This document shows, piece after piece, positions 44,919-55,367 of a stretch of 64,000 nucleotides of DNA. Below the pieces are notes generated by a model. The model had not been told where the DNA came from and searched no databases. It was given only the letters and a program-made list of their open reading frames with translations. The position numbers and the translations under genes are program-made. The stretch's first letter is position 1, and each line of letters opens with the position of its first letter. Source of the stretch: an uncultured Clostridia bacterium (GTDB taxonomy: Bacteria; CAYTYR01; UBA6262). The stretch lies in assembly GCA_964441745.1 (NCBI GenBank), contig CAYTYR010000006.1, positions 1 to 64,000 on the forward strand. The letters are read 5' to 3'.

Positions 44919-45221
44919 TTAGTTGATCATTCGGCTCCGGTCATCAGGTGTGACCATGGGTTTTATTTCGCCGAATTTCTGCTCATATTTCTTAATATTG
45001 TCCTGCAGTGCAGCCAGGAACCGTTTAATATGCGCCGGGGAGGAAATCACCCTGGCTCTGACCTTGGCTTTAGGCTGCTGCGGCTGGACAAAAATAAAGT
45101 CCAGCACAAACTCAGTCTCATTATGAGTGATCAGCGCCAGATTACTATAAGCGCCCTGGGCAGTTTGGTCATCTAATTCAACTTGCAGCTGGTTTTCATC
45201 CGGTTTTTTTTCTTCAACCAT
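44919..45221 (-). CDS. DUF3467 family protein
   Basis: GAYSNLALITH..EFVLDF, ARVISSP.H.KR....L..NI..YE..FGEI. Confidence 0.85.
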   Translation of the reverse strand: MVEEKKPDENQLQVELDDQTAQGAYSNLALITHNETEFVLDFIFVQPQQPKAKVRARVISSPAHIKRFLAALQDNIKKYEQKFGEIKPMVTPDDRSRMIN

Positions 45222-45249
45222 TGTATTTTACCCCCCTTTTTTTGAAAAA

Positions 45250-45335
45250 GCAAATGCTAAATTCCAAATTACATCGCTGCGCTTATGCTAAATTTAGCAT
45301 AAGTTCCGCAGGAACGATAGAATTTGTCATTTGGC
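45250..45335. repeat. 7-nt array with two GNA-loop inserts
   Basis: Sister of 27888-27995; overlaps the stop of the upstream ATPase gene. Confidence 0.8.
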
Positions 45336-47054
45336 ATTGCCTCTACTGAAGCATTCCTTGAATTCGGCTACGGAAAGTACCGTCTTGCCTAATTGTTGCC
45401 CTAAAACTGTAACTGGCGGCGGGACCAGTCGGGACTCTTGCAATTTATCAATACGGGCGAATATATCCCTGGCCTGGCCATCCAGACAAATCCGTCCACT
45501 ATCCATGACTACGACTCGCTGAGCATATTCGGCAGCAATCCACATACAATGGGTAACCATGATAATAGTGTGTCCGGCTTGATTGAGCTTATTGACTAAC
45601 TCCATCAGCTGGCGTAGTTCCTGATAATCCAATCCGGTTGTTGGCTCATCAAAAACCAGGATATCCGGACGGTTAGCCAGGACTGCCGCAACTGCTACCT
45701 GCTGGCGCTGACCTTTGGTTAAAGTAAAAGGATCGTGCTTTTCCAGGCCAGTCAATCCTACCGCCGCTAATGCTTCCTGGACCCTTGGTTGAACCTCAGT
45801 TTCTGGTAATTTGTTAAAACGCGGACCAAACGCTACATCATCATAAACTGTTTCCATGATAATCTGATGGTCCGGATTCTGGAAGACATATCCCACTTCA
45901 CTGCTGAAAGTAGCAGGATGATGTTCTTTCGTGTTCCGGCCGTTGATCCGCACTATTCCTTGCGCTGGCACTAATAAACCATTAAATTGTTTGAGCAGAG
46001 TGGTCTTACCGCTGCCATTCTGTCCCAGGATAGCGATAAATTCGCCCTTCCTGACCGATAAATTTATATCAGTTAGAGCCGGGATATCGCCATAACGGAA
46101 CCCAACCTTTGCCAATTCTATCACTACCGGTCCGTACTCCCGGTGATCATGCTGTGCGCAGCTAGCATATTTATCTTCGGCACATTGGTATTTTTGTTCT
46201 TTTAAGTATTCCAATCCTTCTTCCAGGGTTAAAGGCCGGTCCTCTGCCGGGACATCGGCAAAAACTTCACTAACCTGTAATGGTTTTATACCGAGTTGTT
46301 CCAGCGCCAGGTTTTGACATAAAACTTCCCTGGCCGGTCCAGAAATAATAATTTCGCCTTCTTTTAAAATAATGACCCGGTCACAATTAAGAATTTGCTC
46401 AGTCTCGTGCTCCACCAGCAATAAGGCCATGTTCATTTTTTTCTGCATGATCCGGATCAGGGCCAGTATTTCTTTTTTGCCGGCTGGATCCAAGTCTGTG
46501 GTTGGCTCATCCAGGTACAGCGCCGCCGGCTCCATCGCCAATATCGCCGCGATGGCTAAACGCTGCTTTTCCCCGCCAGAAAGGTTTGCCGGTTCTTTTT
46601 TTACTTGCCCGGCTAAACCAACCAGGTCGAGATAATCATGGACCCGCGTTTTAATAGTATCTACCGGCAGGCATAGATTCTCCGGGCCAAAAGCCACTTC
46701 CAGTTCCACGCTCGTAGTAAATAATTGCGTTTCAAAATCCTGGAATACTACTCCGACCGTAGCTGCCAGGTTACGCGGTTCATATTTAGCTGTGTCTTGG
46801 CCATCAATAATAACTTTTCCTGATAAAATACCCGGAACAAAATGAGGGATAATGCCATTCAGCAATAAACCCAAGGTTGATTTGCCTGCCCCAGTCGGCC
46901 CCATGATGCCGATAACTTCACCAGGATTGACCTGGAAAGTGACTTTTTTTAAGGCTGGAACCGAAGCTTTGCGGTAAGTAAATGAGGCCTGCTCCAGCTT
47001 GATTATTTCCTGATCTTTTTTAGCGGGTTTCTGATTCATGCCGGTCTTTTTCAT
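45327..47054 (-). CDS. ECF-type transporter ATPase with tandem ABC domains
   Basis: GPTGAGKST and GQNGSGKTT, EVAFGPEN, LSGGEKQR, FQNPDHQ. Confidence 0.9.
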   Translation of the reverse strand: MKKTGMNQKPAKKDQEIIKLEQASFTYRKASVPALKKVTFQVNPGEVIGIMGPTGAGKSTLGLLLNGIIPHFVPGILSGKVIIDGQDTAKYEPRNLAATVGVVFQDFETQLFTTSVELEVAFGPENLCLPVDTIKTRVHDYLDLVGLAGQVKKEPANLSGGEKQRLAIAAILAMEPAALYLDEPTTDLDPAGKKEILALIRIMQKKMNMALLLVEHETEQILNCDRVIILKEGEIIISGPAREVLCQNLALEQLGIKPLQVSEVFADVPAEDRPLTLEEGLEYLKEQKYQCAEDKYASCAQHDHREYGPVVIELAKVGFRYGDIPALTDINLSVRKGEFIAILGQNGSGKTTLLKQFNGLLVPAQGIVRINGRNTKEHHPATFSSEVGYVFQNPDHQIIMETVYDDVAFGPRFNKLPETEVQPRVQEALAAVGLTGLEKHDPFTLTKGQRQQVAVAAVLANRPDILVFDEPTTGLDYQELRQLMELVNKLNQAGHTIIMVTHCMWIAAEYAQRVVVMDSGRICLDGQARDIFARIDKLQESRLVPPPVTVLGQQLGKTVLSVAEFKECFSRGNAK

Positions 47055-48175
47055 TTTTCATTATTATTGAAATACTGGAGAATAGCTTGGGCGATCCGTT
47101 CGCTAGCCCGGCCATCCCCGTAAGGATTAATAGCGTTGGCCATTTTCTGGTAGGCAGGTTTGGAAGAGAGCAACCGTGATATTTCGCGATATACATTATT
47201 AGGTTCGGTACCAATTACTCTGGCGGTCCCAGCTTTCACTGCTTCTGGCCGTTCGGTTACCTGGCGTAAAACCAGCACCGGCTTACCCAGAGATGGGGCT
47301 TCTTCCTGTAAACCGCCGGAATCAGTCACTACCATGTATGATTGCTGCATCACATGCACAAAATCAAGATAATCAAGAGGTTCACAAAGCAGGATATTCT
47401 TCCTGCCGCCCAACCCGGTATAAACAGTATTCTTGACTTGAGGATTGAGGTGCACCGGATAAATGATCTGCACCTCAGGGTAACGGCTCGCGATCCGGGA
47501 CAAGGCAGTACAGATATTTTTTAACGGAGCCCCCCAGTTCTCTCGTCTATGGATGGTTACCAGGATGATCTTTTTCCCGGGATCAAGGGATTCAAGTTGT
47601 TTATTCTGGGCCTGATAAGGAGCTTTTAGGGCCATTAACAGCGCATCGATCACGGTGTTGCCGGTAACATAAATATTTTTTTCGGGGATCCCTTCATTTT
47701 TCAGGTTCCGGGCGCTCAAGCGCGTTGGCACAAAATAAAGGTCAGCCAGCACATCAGCAATCCGCCGGTTTATTTCTTCCGGGAAAGGATTGAATTTGTC
47801 AAATGAACGCAGGCCTGCTTCCACATGCCCTACCGGTATTTTTTCATAAAAAGCAGCCAGCGCTGCCACCAGGGTGGTCGTTGTATCGCCATGCACCAAT
47901 ACTATATCCGGTTTTTCCTTTTTATAGATCTCTTCCAGTTTTAACAATCCATTGGTCGTGATCTGATATAGACTTTGGGCTTTTTGCATAATATTCAGGT
48001 CATAATCACACTTAATGTGAAATATCTCCAATACCTGGTCCAACATCTGCCGGTGCTGAGCCGTCACACAAACTATTGTTTTGAATTTTGCGCCCAGGGT
48101 TTTAAGCTGATGGATGACCGGGACCATCTTAATCGCTTCCGGCCTGGTGCCGAATACAGCAATTACTTTAATCAA
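47051..48175 (-). CDS. wecB: UDP-N-acetylglucosamine 2-epimerase (non-hydrolysing)
   Basis: FGTRPEAIKM, HVEAGLRS, TDSGGLQEEAP. Confidence 0.96.
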   Translation of the reverse strand: MIKVIAVFGTRPEAIKMVPVIHQLKTLGAKFKTIVCVTAQHRQMLDQVLEIFHIKCDYDLNIMQKAQSLYQITTNGLLKLEEIYKKEKPDIVLVHGDTTTTLVAALAAFYEKIPVGHVEAGLRSFDKFNPFPEEINRRIADVLADLYFVPTRLSARNLKNEGIPEKNIYVTGNTVIDALLMALKAPYQAQNKQLESLDPGKKIILVTIHRRENWGAPLKNICTALSRIASRYPEVQIIYPVHLNPQVKNTVYTGLGGRKNILLCEPLDYLDFVHVMQQSYMVVTDSGGLQEEAPSLGKPVLVLRQVTERPEAVKAGTARVIGTEPNNVYREISRLLSSKPAYQKMANAINPYGDGRASERIAQAILQYFNNNEK

Positions 48176-49218
48176 TGGGTCACCCCTTTATAAATAGTCA
48201 ACATGATGGCAAAAATACCCAGTATGCCGCTCAAGACATAACTTAATAACACTATTTCCCGCTGGGTCCAGCCTTTGTCCAGGAGCCGGTGGTGCAAATG
48301 CTGCCGGTCAGAAGTAAACAAGGGAGCCTTATTATGCCAACGCCGCCAAACAGTCAGGCTGATATCTATGAATGGCAGTCCCAAAGTCAACATGGGGATG
48401 AACAAGGCAATGACCGCAGTAGTTTTTAATGTACCAATAGTGGTAATAACTGCCAGCATATAACCCAGGAACATACTGCCGGTATCACCCATGAATATTT
48501 TGGCCGGGAAAAAATTGTAGCGCAAAAAACCGAGACAAGAGCCGGCCAAGGCCGCGGAAAGGATAGCCGCAAGTTTCAGGTTTTGTACTACCAGAATTTT
48601 CTGGCTGCCCCACATCAACACGGATATCGCCAGGAAGGTAAAAGAGGAAATAGTTACTATGCCGCACGCCAATCCATCCAGGCCGTCACTGAAATTAACG
48701 CTATTAATAAACAGCAAAAACCAGGATACGGTTACCAGTTGGGTAAGCAGAATTGAATTGAAAGGCAAAAACTTAAAAAAAGGCAAAGCAAATCCGCTGA
48801 TCTTGATACCGTAGTTGATCAAGACCAGGACCACCAGTATTTGACCGAACAGCTTTGCTATTGCCGGCAATCCATACTTATCATCGATGCTGCCAATAAT
48901 GAGCAGGATAGCCCCACCTACCAAGATACCGATGATTTGAGAACTCATTGAGAATCTGGAAGTAGTAAAAAGAGCCAGTCGCCGGAAATATGGAAAAAAG
49001 AACCAGCATAAAAGTATGGACACAGTAAAAGCAACAAATATTCCCAAGCCGCCCCACCTGGGTATCGGTGTTTTGTGTATTTTCCTGTCCTCAGGTTGGT
49101 CCATTACCTTCAGCCGGGTAGCCAGGCGGATCACCAAAGGCGTTACCAGCCAACTCAAAGCCAAGGCTATAAAAAAAACGGCATAGATGATTGAACCCAT
49201 TTTCCAAGACATAAACAT
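48172..49218 (-). CDS. MraY/WecA/TagO family polyprenyl-phosphate GlcNAc-1-P transferase
   Basis: RKIH..PIPRWGG, IDD, NFSDGLDGLA, FMGDTGS, HLHHRL. Confidence 0.92.
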   Translation of the reverse strand: MFMSWKMGSIIYAVFFIALALSWLVTPLVIRLATRLKVMDQPEDRKIHKTPIPRWGGLGIFVAFTVSILLCWFFFPYFRRLALFTTSRFSMSSQIIGILVGGAILLIIGSIDDKYGLPAIAKLFGQILVVLVLINYGIKISGFALPFFKFLPFNSILLTQLVTVSWFLLFINSVNFSDGLDGLACGIVTISSFTFLAISVLMWGSQKILVVQNLKLAAILSAALAGSCLGFLRYNFFPAKIFMGDTGSMFLGYMLAVITTIGTLKTTAVIALFIPMLTLGLPFIDISLTVWRRWHNKAPLFTSDRQHLHHRLLDKGWTQREIVLLSYVLSGILGIFAIMLTIYKGVTH

Positions 49219-49225
49219 CCTTTTG

Positions 49226-49254
49226 GCGTATAGCGTGTAGCGGATAGCGTATAG
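49226..49254. repeat. 7-nt TATAGCG array
   Basis: Identical to 14178-14206. Confidence 0.85.
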
Positions 49255-49264
49255 AAAGACAAAA

Positions 49265-50512
49265 CTATTTCAATCTTTCAGCATAAATAGGGAATTTCAG
49301 GCATAGTTGCTTTACTTCAGCCTTGATCTTGGCTAACGCCGCTTCATTAGCGTTGACCGCCAGAGCCTGGTTGATCCATCTGGCAATCTGAATCATTTCC
49401 TTTTCTTTCATGCCCCTGGCGGTAATAGATGGCGTGCCCACCCTGATGCCGCTGGCCACAAATGGTTTTTCCGGATCATAGGGAATAGTATTCTTATTGA
49501 CGGTAATGCCGGCTTTATCCAGGGCTTCCTGGGCAATCTTACCGGTGATTTTTTTGGTCCGCAGGTCTACCAGCATCAAGTGGTTATCTGTGCCGCCACT
49601 GACGATCCGAAAGCCCTCATTCTGCAAAGCCTGGGCTAATTCCTTGGCATTGGCCACGATCTGTTTCTGGTAGATTTTAAATTCATCCCCCAGCGCTTCC
49701 TTGAAGGCTACGGCTTTGGCCGCGATGACATGCATTAATGGCCCCCCCTGAATACCGGGGAAAACTATCCGGTCCAAGTCCTTGGCAAATTTTTCTTTGC
49801 ACATCACCATCCCGCCACGGGGCCCGCGTAAAGTCTTATGGGTAGTGGTCGTCACAAAATCAGCATATGGTACTGGCGAAGGGTGCAAACCAGCGGCCAC
49901 CAGACCGGCAATATGGGCAATATCAGCCATATGGAAAGCCCCCACTTCATCAGCGATCTCCTTAACTTTCTTAAAATCAATAAAGCGCGAATAAGCGCTG
50001 GCGCCGGTCACGATTATTTTTGGTTTATGTTCCAGGGCTAGTTTCCGCATCTGGTCGTAATCAATGGTTTCAGAGTCTTTGGTCACGCCGTAAGGCACGA
50101 TTTTATAAAATTTACCGCTGAAATTAAGGGGATTACCATGCGAGAGATGACCACCGCAGGACAGGTCCATACCCATGATCGTGTCCCCGAAAGTCAGGAC
50201 AGTCAGATAGACAGCCAGATTGGCCGATGTTCCGCAATGCGGCTGGACATTTACATGTTCGCAGCCAAATAACTGCTTGGCCCGGTCAATAGCTAATTTT
50301 TCAGCAACATCCACAAACTCGCAGCCGCCGTAATACCGCTTGCTGGGATATCCCTCGGCATACTTATTGGTCATAACTCCGCCTTGCGCTTCCAAGACGG
50401 CTTCACTGACAATATTTTCACTGGGGATCAGCTCCAGAGTGTAGGCTTCACGTTCCGTTTCTTTGAGGATAGCGTCGTACAGTTCCGGATCGATCTTTTT
50501 AATGTAAGACAT
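49265..50512 (-). CDS. glyA: Serine hydroxymethyltransferase
   Basis: [22 protein letters not shown]. Confidence 0.98.
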   Translation of the reverse strand: MSYIKKIDPELYDAILKETEREAYTLELIPSENIVSEAVLEAQGGVMTNKYAEGYPSKRYYGGCEFVDVAEKLAIDRAKQLFGCEHVNVQPHCGTSANLAVYLTVLTFGDTIMGMDLSCGGHLSHGNPLNFSGKFYKIVPYGVTKDSETIDYDQMRKLALEHKPKIIVTGASAYSRFIDFKKVKEIADEVGAFHMADIAHIAGLVAAGLHPSPVPYADFVTTTTHKTLRGPRGGMVMCKEKFAKDLDRIVFPGIQGGPLMHVIAAKAVAFKEALGDEFKIYQKQIVANAKELAQALQNEGFRIVSGGTDNHLMLVDLRTKKITGKIAQEALDKAGITVNKNTIPYDPEKPFVASGIRVGTPSITARGMKEKEMIQIARWINQALAVNANEAALAKIKAEVKQLCLKFPIYAERLK

Positions 50513-50533
50513 GGTTATCTCCTTTTTTAAATA

Positions 50534-50597
50534 CGATTACCCAGATTAGAAAAACAGATTACCCGCCAAAGAGCGCCGGCGGGCGCAGCACCGATTA
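50534..50597. repeat. 9-nt GATTAC array with CCCGCC..GGCGGG-CGCAG insert
   Basis: gattacccagatta..gatta[cccgccaaagagcgccggcgggcgcag]caccgatta. Confidence 0.75.
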
Positions 50598-50601
50598 AAA
50601 A

Positions 50602-51060
50602 CTACTGGCTTTCTAAAATCTTCATTAATTGATACAGGTAATCTTTAATTTCATCTTTGCAGGCGCGATAATCTTTCTCTGCCAGCCCGATCGGGTCTTC
50701 AACATCTCCGGCGCCGGCGCCGGCAAACTGCTTTAACAGGAAAATTTTGCCTGCGACTTCCGGGAAATCAGTAATTATCTTCTCTTTATGATACCCTTCC
50801 ATAACGAGTACCAGGTCAGCCCGGGACAGGTCCTTAGCCGTCAAGGGAGTGGAAATATGGGTATTCAGGTTACATTTCTCCTCAGCCATTAATTTCAATA
50901 CTTCATCAGGGACTTTGAGCATACTTGAGCCAGCCAAGCCGCAGGACCAGACTTTTATGCCTTTTAGACCAAAGTCCTTGAGCATTTTCTTGCACAAGGC
51001 TTCAGCCATGGCGCTGCGGCAGACATTACCGGTACAAATAAACAATATTTTTTTATACAT
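50602..51060 (-). CDS. Low molecular weight protein tyrosine/arginine phosphatase
   Basis: CTGNVCRSAMAE, DP motif. Confidence 0.92.
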   Translation of the reverse strand: MYKKILFICTGNVCRSAMAEALCKKMLKDFGLKGIKVWSCGLAGSSMLKVPDEVLKLMAEEKCNLNTHISTPLTAKDLSRADLVLVMEGYHKEKIITDFPEVAGKIFLLKQFAGAGAGDVEDPIGLAEKDYRACKDEIKDYLYQLMKILESQ

Positions 51061-51658
51061 TTTTAATAGCCTGGAGAATCTCTTTCCGGCTGATATATCC
51101 AGCCCGCAGGATCTTTATTTTCAATCCAGTCAAATCTACTACTGTTGATTCCACAGCTAAAGGGCAGGTACCGCTATCGATGACCAGATCTACAGCCCTA
51201 ACAATATCTGACGGTATTTCCGTTACTGTCTTGGCACTGGCCTGGCCGCTGAAATTAACGCTGGTAACAGCCATCGGCCCGGTTTTCTTCAATAAAGCCA
51301 AAGCGATAGGATGTTGCGGCATCCTGACCCCTACTGAACCACCGGTAATAGCAGGCAAGACCAAAGTCAATGGCCCAGGCCAAAATTTTTTGACCAGCTG
51401 TTTAGTTTTCCTGGTTATTTTTATGTGCAGCTTCGCCAGTTGTCGAAAATCAGCTATCAATACCGGTAAGGGTTTATGCTGGCCCCGGTTCTTAATATGA
51501 TAAATACGCTTGATGCTTTTTGCGTTATCTGCCTGGCAGCCGATCCCATACACTGTGTCGGTGGGGAAAATCACTACTCCGCCTTTATTCACTTTTTGGA
51601 TAGCTTTAGCCATCAGAGATGGATTAATCCCGGCAGGATCTATTTTTATTATATTCAT
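51053..51658 (-). CDS. tsaC: L-threonylcarbamoyladenylate synthase (TsaC/YrdC)
   Basis: FPTDTVYG, K.R..KPL, FWPGPLT, STVVD. Confidence 0.92.
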   Translation of the reverse strand: MNIIKIDPAGINPSLMAKAIQKVNKGGVVIFPTDTVYGIGCQADNAKSIKRIYHIKNRGQHKPLPVLIADFRQLAKLHIKITRKTKQLVKKFWPGPLTLVLPAITGGSVGVRMPQHPIALALLKKTGPMAVTSVNFSGQASAKTVTEIPSDIVRAVDLVIDSGTCPLAVESTVVDLTGLKIKILRAGYISRKEILQAIKNV

Positions 51659-51667
51659 TCTATCAGC

Positions 51668-52894
51668 CTATGTTCTGTAACTGGCATTAATATCAATATA
51701 GCCATGGGTAAAATCGCAGGTATAGACAGTAGCATTAACTGGGCCCTGGTTCAGGTTAATAAGCAGTTTCAATTCTTTTCCATGCAATAACTTTTTGGCC
51801 TGGGTCTCAGAAAAACCCGGGTCGAGACCGTGGCGGCACATCTGGATCTTCTTTTTCCCGGCGGCTATGGCAATATCTATCCGCCCAGGATCAATATTTT
51901 CGCCGCTATATCCTATAGCCGCAATGATCCTGCCCCAGTTAGGGTCATTCCCAAAAATAGCTGTTTTGACCAGGCTGGATTTAGCGATGGACATGGCTAC
52001 ACTCTTAGCCGCGGCAAAATTCCTGGCCCCGGTGACCTCTACTTCCACTAATTTGGTCGCCCCTTCCCCGTCCCGGGCAATCATTTTGGTCAACTCCCTG
52101 CAGACCTGCAGTAGTTTTAGCGAAAATATTTCACTCTCCCGGCTTTGGCCGGAGATCGTTTTATGGCCAGCCTGGCTGCTGGCCAGGACCAGGACCATAT
52201 CATTAGTACTGGTATCGCCATCAACGGTTAACATATTAAAAGTAGGTTCAACACTGTTTTTTAACGCTTCTTGCAGAAAATCCTTTTCTACAGCCGCATC
52301 AGTCATAATAAAAACCAGCATGGTAGCCATATTCGGATGGATCATGCCAGAACCTTTGGCTACCCCGGTAATCGTGATTTTTTTACCGCCATTATTGAAG
52401 TTGACTGAAACGATCTTAGGAGTAGTATCAGTGGTCATGATGGACTGGCTGAAATCAGTCAGCGGATGGCGGACGGCGGACGGCAGTTTAATCTTTTTAA
52501 TAGCCTGTAAGATACCTTTTTTTAACTTTTCTAAGGGTAAGGGAACGCCGATAACGCCAGTGGAGGCAACGATCACCTGCTCTGGTTTTATCTGTAAACC
52601 GGCCGCCGCCAGTTTGGCAGATTCCCAGGCAGTACTAATTCCTTCTTTACCGGTACAGGCATTAGCATTGCCGCTATTCACAATTACGGCTTGGATCTTA
52701 CCCTTAGCAATGTGCTGTTGGCTTAAGAGGACCGGCGCTGCTTTCACCCGGTTGGTCGTAAACATGGCGGCAGCGGCGCACGGTTCCTGGGCATAGATCA
52801 GGCCAACATCAAGTTTCCCTTTTTTCCTGGCAATCCCGGCAGCCACACCGGTCAAAACAAAACCTTTTGGTATTATTAACTGGTTATTGCTCAT
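51668..52894 (-). CDS. argJ: Ornithine acetyltransferase ArgJ
   Basis: NSGNANACTG, KGSGMIHPNMATML, DGEGATK, DPNWGR. Confidence 0.97.
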   Translation of the reverse strand: MSNNQLIIPKGFVLTGVAAGIARKKGKLDVGLIYAQEPCAAAAMFTTNRVKAAPVLLSQQHIAKGKIQAVIVNSGNANACTGKEGISTAWESAKLAAAGLQIKPEQVIVASTGVIGVPLPLEKLKKGILQAIKKIKLPSAVRHPLTDFSQSIMTTDTTPKIVSVNFNNGGKKITITGVAKGSGMIHPNMATMLVFIMTDAAVEKDFLQEALKNSVEPTFNMLTVDGDTSTNDMVLVLASSQAGHKTISGQSRESEIFSLKLLQVCRELTKMIARDGEGATKLVEVEVTGARNFAAAKSVAMSIAKSSLVKTAIFGNDPNWGRIIAAIGYSGENIDPGRIDIAIAAGKKKIQMCRHGLDPGFSETQAKKLLHGKELKLLINLNQGPVNATVYTCDFTHGYIDINASYRT

Positions 52895-52926
52895 ATTAGT
52901 TAACCCCTCGGGAGCTTGTTTGCTTC

Positions 52927-52963
52927 TAATCCGCGTAATCCTAATTAATAATCTGCGTAATCA
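52927..52963. repeat. 9-nt TAATCYGCG array
   Basis: taatccgcgtaatc..taatctgcgtaatc. Confidence 0.7.
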
Positions 52964-52985
52964 AGTTTAGAAATTTTTCAAATTT

Positions 52986-54014
52986 CTAAACTAAGCCCTC
53001 TTTTTCATCAAAACCGCACATTATATTCAAATTCTGTATAGCCTGCCCGCTAGCCCCCTTGATCAGGTTGTCAATAGCGCTGACAATGATGATCCGTTTC
53101 GTCCGCTCATCAGCCTTGACTCCGATATTGCAATAATTAGTATTAACCACTTCATTAGTCTCTGGAAATTTGCCTTCCGGCAAGATGCGCACAAATGGCT
53201 CGCCATGGTAGAACTCCTTATAGATCTCCAATAACTCCTTAGTATTAAAATTACTATTAGGCATAATGTAAATTGAAGAGAGAATGCCCCGCATGATCGG
53301 GATCAAATGGGGAGTAAAAAGGATCATCGTCTCTTTCCCAGCCAGATTGGATAACTCCTGCTCTATTTCCGGAGTATGACGATGGATACCGATACTATAG
53401 GCTTTAAGATTCTCGCTCTTTTCTTCAGCCGCAGTAAAATTCTGGACAAAAGCTCGTCCGGCGCCAGTGACACCGCTTTTGCTATCTGCCAGGATATATT
53501 CGGTACCAGCCAAGCGCTCCCGGACCAACGGCGCAGTCCCGAGAATAATGCTGGTAGGATAACAACCAGGATTAGCGATCAGTCTGGCTTTTTTAATTTT
53601 TTCCCGGTATAATTCCGGTAATCCATAAACAGCTTCAGCTAACAGCTCCGGATACAAGTGCTTGGTTTCATACCACTGTTCATAAATTTTGGCGTCTTTG
53701 ATCCGGAAATCAGCGCTGAGGTCTATCACTTTTTTCCCGGCTTTGATAAAATCAGCGGCTATCCCCTGGCTGACCTTATGAGGCAGAGCCAGGAATACGA
53801 TATCGCATTTTTTAGCAACCTTTTCTATATCCAACTCAGCACAAGGCAAATCTATCTTTCCTGCTAAATACGGGTAAATAGTGGTGATCTCCCGGGATAT
53901 CCCGTCCATTTTGTCAGCCAAGGCAGTGATCTTTACTTGCGGGTGTTTAAGGAGTAACTTGATCAACTCTTCTCCGGCATAGCCTTTAGCGCCAACGACA
54001 CTTACCTTAACCAT
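52986..54014 (-). CDS. argC: N-acetyl-gamma-glutamyl-phosphate reductase
   Basis: DLSADFR, ANPGCYPT, HRHTPEI, DNLIKGASGQA. Confidence 0.97.
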   Translation of the reverse strand: MVKVSVVGAKGYAGEELIKLLLKHPQVKITALADKMDGISREITTIYPYLAGKIDLPCAELDIEKVAKKCDIVFLALPHKVSQGIAADFIKAGKKVIDLSADFRIKDAKIYEQWYETKHLYPELLAEAVYGLPELYREKIKKARLIANPGCYPTSIILGTAPLVRERLAGTEYILADSKSGVTGAGRAFVQNFTAAEEKSENLKAYSIGIHRHTPEIEQELSNLAGKETMILFTPHLIPIMRGILSSIYIMPNSNFNTKELLEIYKEFYHGEPFVRILPEGKFPETNEVVNTNYCNIGVKADERTKRIIIVSAIDNLIKGASGQAIQNLNIMCGFDEKEGLV

Positions 54015-54222
54015 GAACAACCTCCACTATTATGAGATTGTTGTAAAAAGACAACAATCTCTGTAATTTCCTTTAGAAATCAGTGTAATCAGATCGTTGA
54101 GTTTTTCTTCAACGATCTCGTTTTAATTATAGTCTAAAAATCCGTCTTTGTAAAGTTATTAATTTAGCTTGAAACATAGGCATAGATATGCTATTTTATC
54201 TATAATAAATATGGAGGCGCTG

Positions 54223-54846
54223 ATGAATACTATAAAATGGCTTTTGACTCTGGCTTTACTAACTATCTGCGCTTCAGCCTTGGCAGCAGGGAAAGACGAT
54301 TACTATCCCCTGACGCCGGGCAGCCAATGGGTTTATCAGATCACTGACCATGAACACAAGAATAAGGTGTTTGAGCAAACAGTTAGTATCGATCCACCGG
54401 AACTATACGCCAAAGCTCAATACAGCATCCTTAAACAGGAAGATAATCGGGGAATTATCAGGTCTTTTGTGCTTAAAAATGAAAAAGGCATTTTCTGGAA
54501 GAAAATTGCCGCCAGTAAATCCTTCACTCCTGAGGCAAACTCAGTTTTTACTCCGGAAATACCTATAATTTTGTTCCCTTTGGCTAAAGGCGCTGTTTGG
54601 GACTGGGAAGGCAAGCTCAAGGTCGCTTGGATCAATAAAAACATCAAAATGCATTGTGAAATCCTATCTACCAATGAAGAGCTAACCGTACCAGCAGGAA
54701 CTTTCAAATGCATTAAAATCTACATCCATCAAGTACGCGATGATGAGCCAAGTGAGGAGTATGGCTGGTATGCTCCAGGCATCGGTCAAATAAAATATGA
54801 GACCAAGCGCACCTTGAAAGTCCTTAAAAGCTACAATATAAAATAG
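54223..54846 (+). CDS. Exported beta-rich hypothetical protein
   Basis: GGAGG RBS, signal peptide, YYPL.PG..WVY, VPAGTF.C, WYAPGIG; only convincing plus-strand gene. Confidence 0.8.
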   Translation: MNTIKWLLTLALLTICASALAAGKDDYYPLTPGSQWVYQITDHEHKNKVFEQTVSIDPPELYAKAQYSILKQEDNRGIIRSFVLKNEKGIFWKKIAASKSFTPEANSVFTPEIPIILFPLAKGAVWDWEGKLKVAWINKNIKMHCEILSTNEELTVPAGTFKCIKIYIHQVRDDEPSEEYGWYAPGIGQIKYETKRTLKVLKSYNIK

Positions 54847-54962
54847 AGCGCAGATGGCATATAGCTTATGGCCAATAGCAAATGCAATTAAAAAAACCCT
54901 GTTGAATTTCATCAACAGGGTTTTATGATTTTCTATACGCCATACGCTATCCGCTATACGCC
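54847..54962. repeat. 7-nt TATAGCG array and inverted block enclosing a terminator
   Basis: gatggcatatagcttatggccaatagc / ctatacgccatacgctatccgctatacgcc. Confidence 0.75.
54890..54924. terminator. Bidirectional intrinsic terminator
   Basis: aaaaccctgttga-atttca-tcaacagggtttt between convergent genes. Confidence 0.8.
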
Positions 54963-54970
54963 GTATTAAA

Positions 54971-55363
54971 TTATCTCTTAGAGAACTGGAATCTTTTTCT
55001 GGCTTTTGGCCGTCCGGGCTTTTTCCGTTCGACTACTCTCGGATCACGGGTCAAGAACCCGGCTTTTTTTAAGGTCCCGTGATTGCTAGGATCTACTTTA
55101 TCCAAAGCCCTGGCGATACTATGCCTGACAGCTCCAGCTTGTCCCATACTGCCGCCGCCATAGACCTTAATACTGATATCATATCTATTAGTGGCCTTAA
55201 CTGCCTTAAGGGGCTCCATGACAATGGCCATTAGGATTTCATCTTTCTGGAAATACTCTTCAAATGTTTTATCATTAACAGTGATAGTCCCCTGCCCATC
55301 AACCAGGACGGCGCGGGATATGGAATTTTTTCTCCTGCCTACAGTTTGAATCTGCTCTGCCAT
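54971..55363 (-). CDS. rpsI: 30S ribosomal protein S9
   Basis: GRRK, GGG..GQAGA, ERKKPG..KARKRFQFSKR. Confidence 0.98.
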   Translation of the reverse strand: MAEQIQTVGRRKNSISRAVLVDGQGTITVNDKTFEEYFQKDEILMAIVMEPLKAVKATNRYDISIKVYGGGSMGQAGAVRHSIARALDKVDPSNHGTLKKAGFLTRDPRVVERKKPGRPKARKRFQFSKR

Positions 55364-55367
55364 GTAT

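Noticed and set aside
51795-52796. 333-aa plus-strand ORF
   Set aside because: Entirely antisense to argJ; no recognisable features
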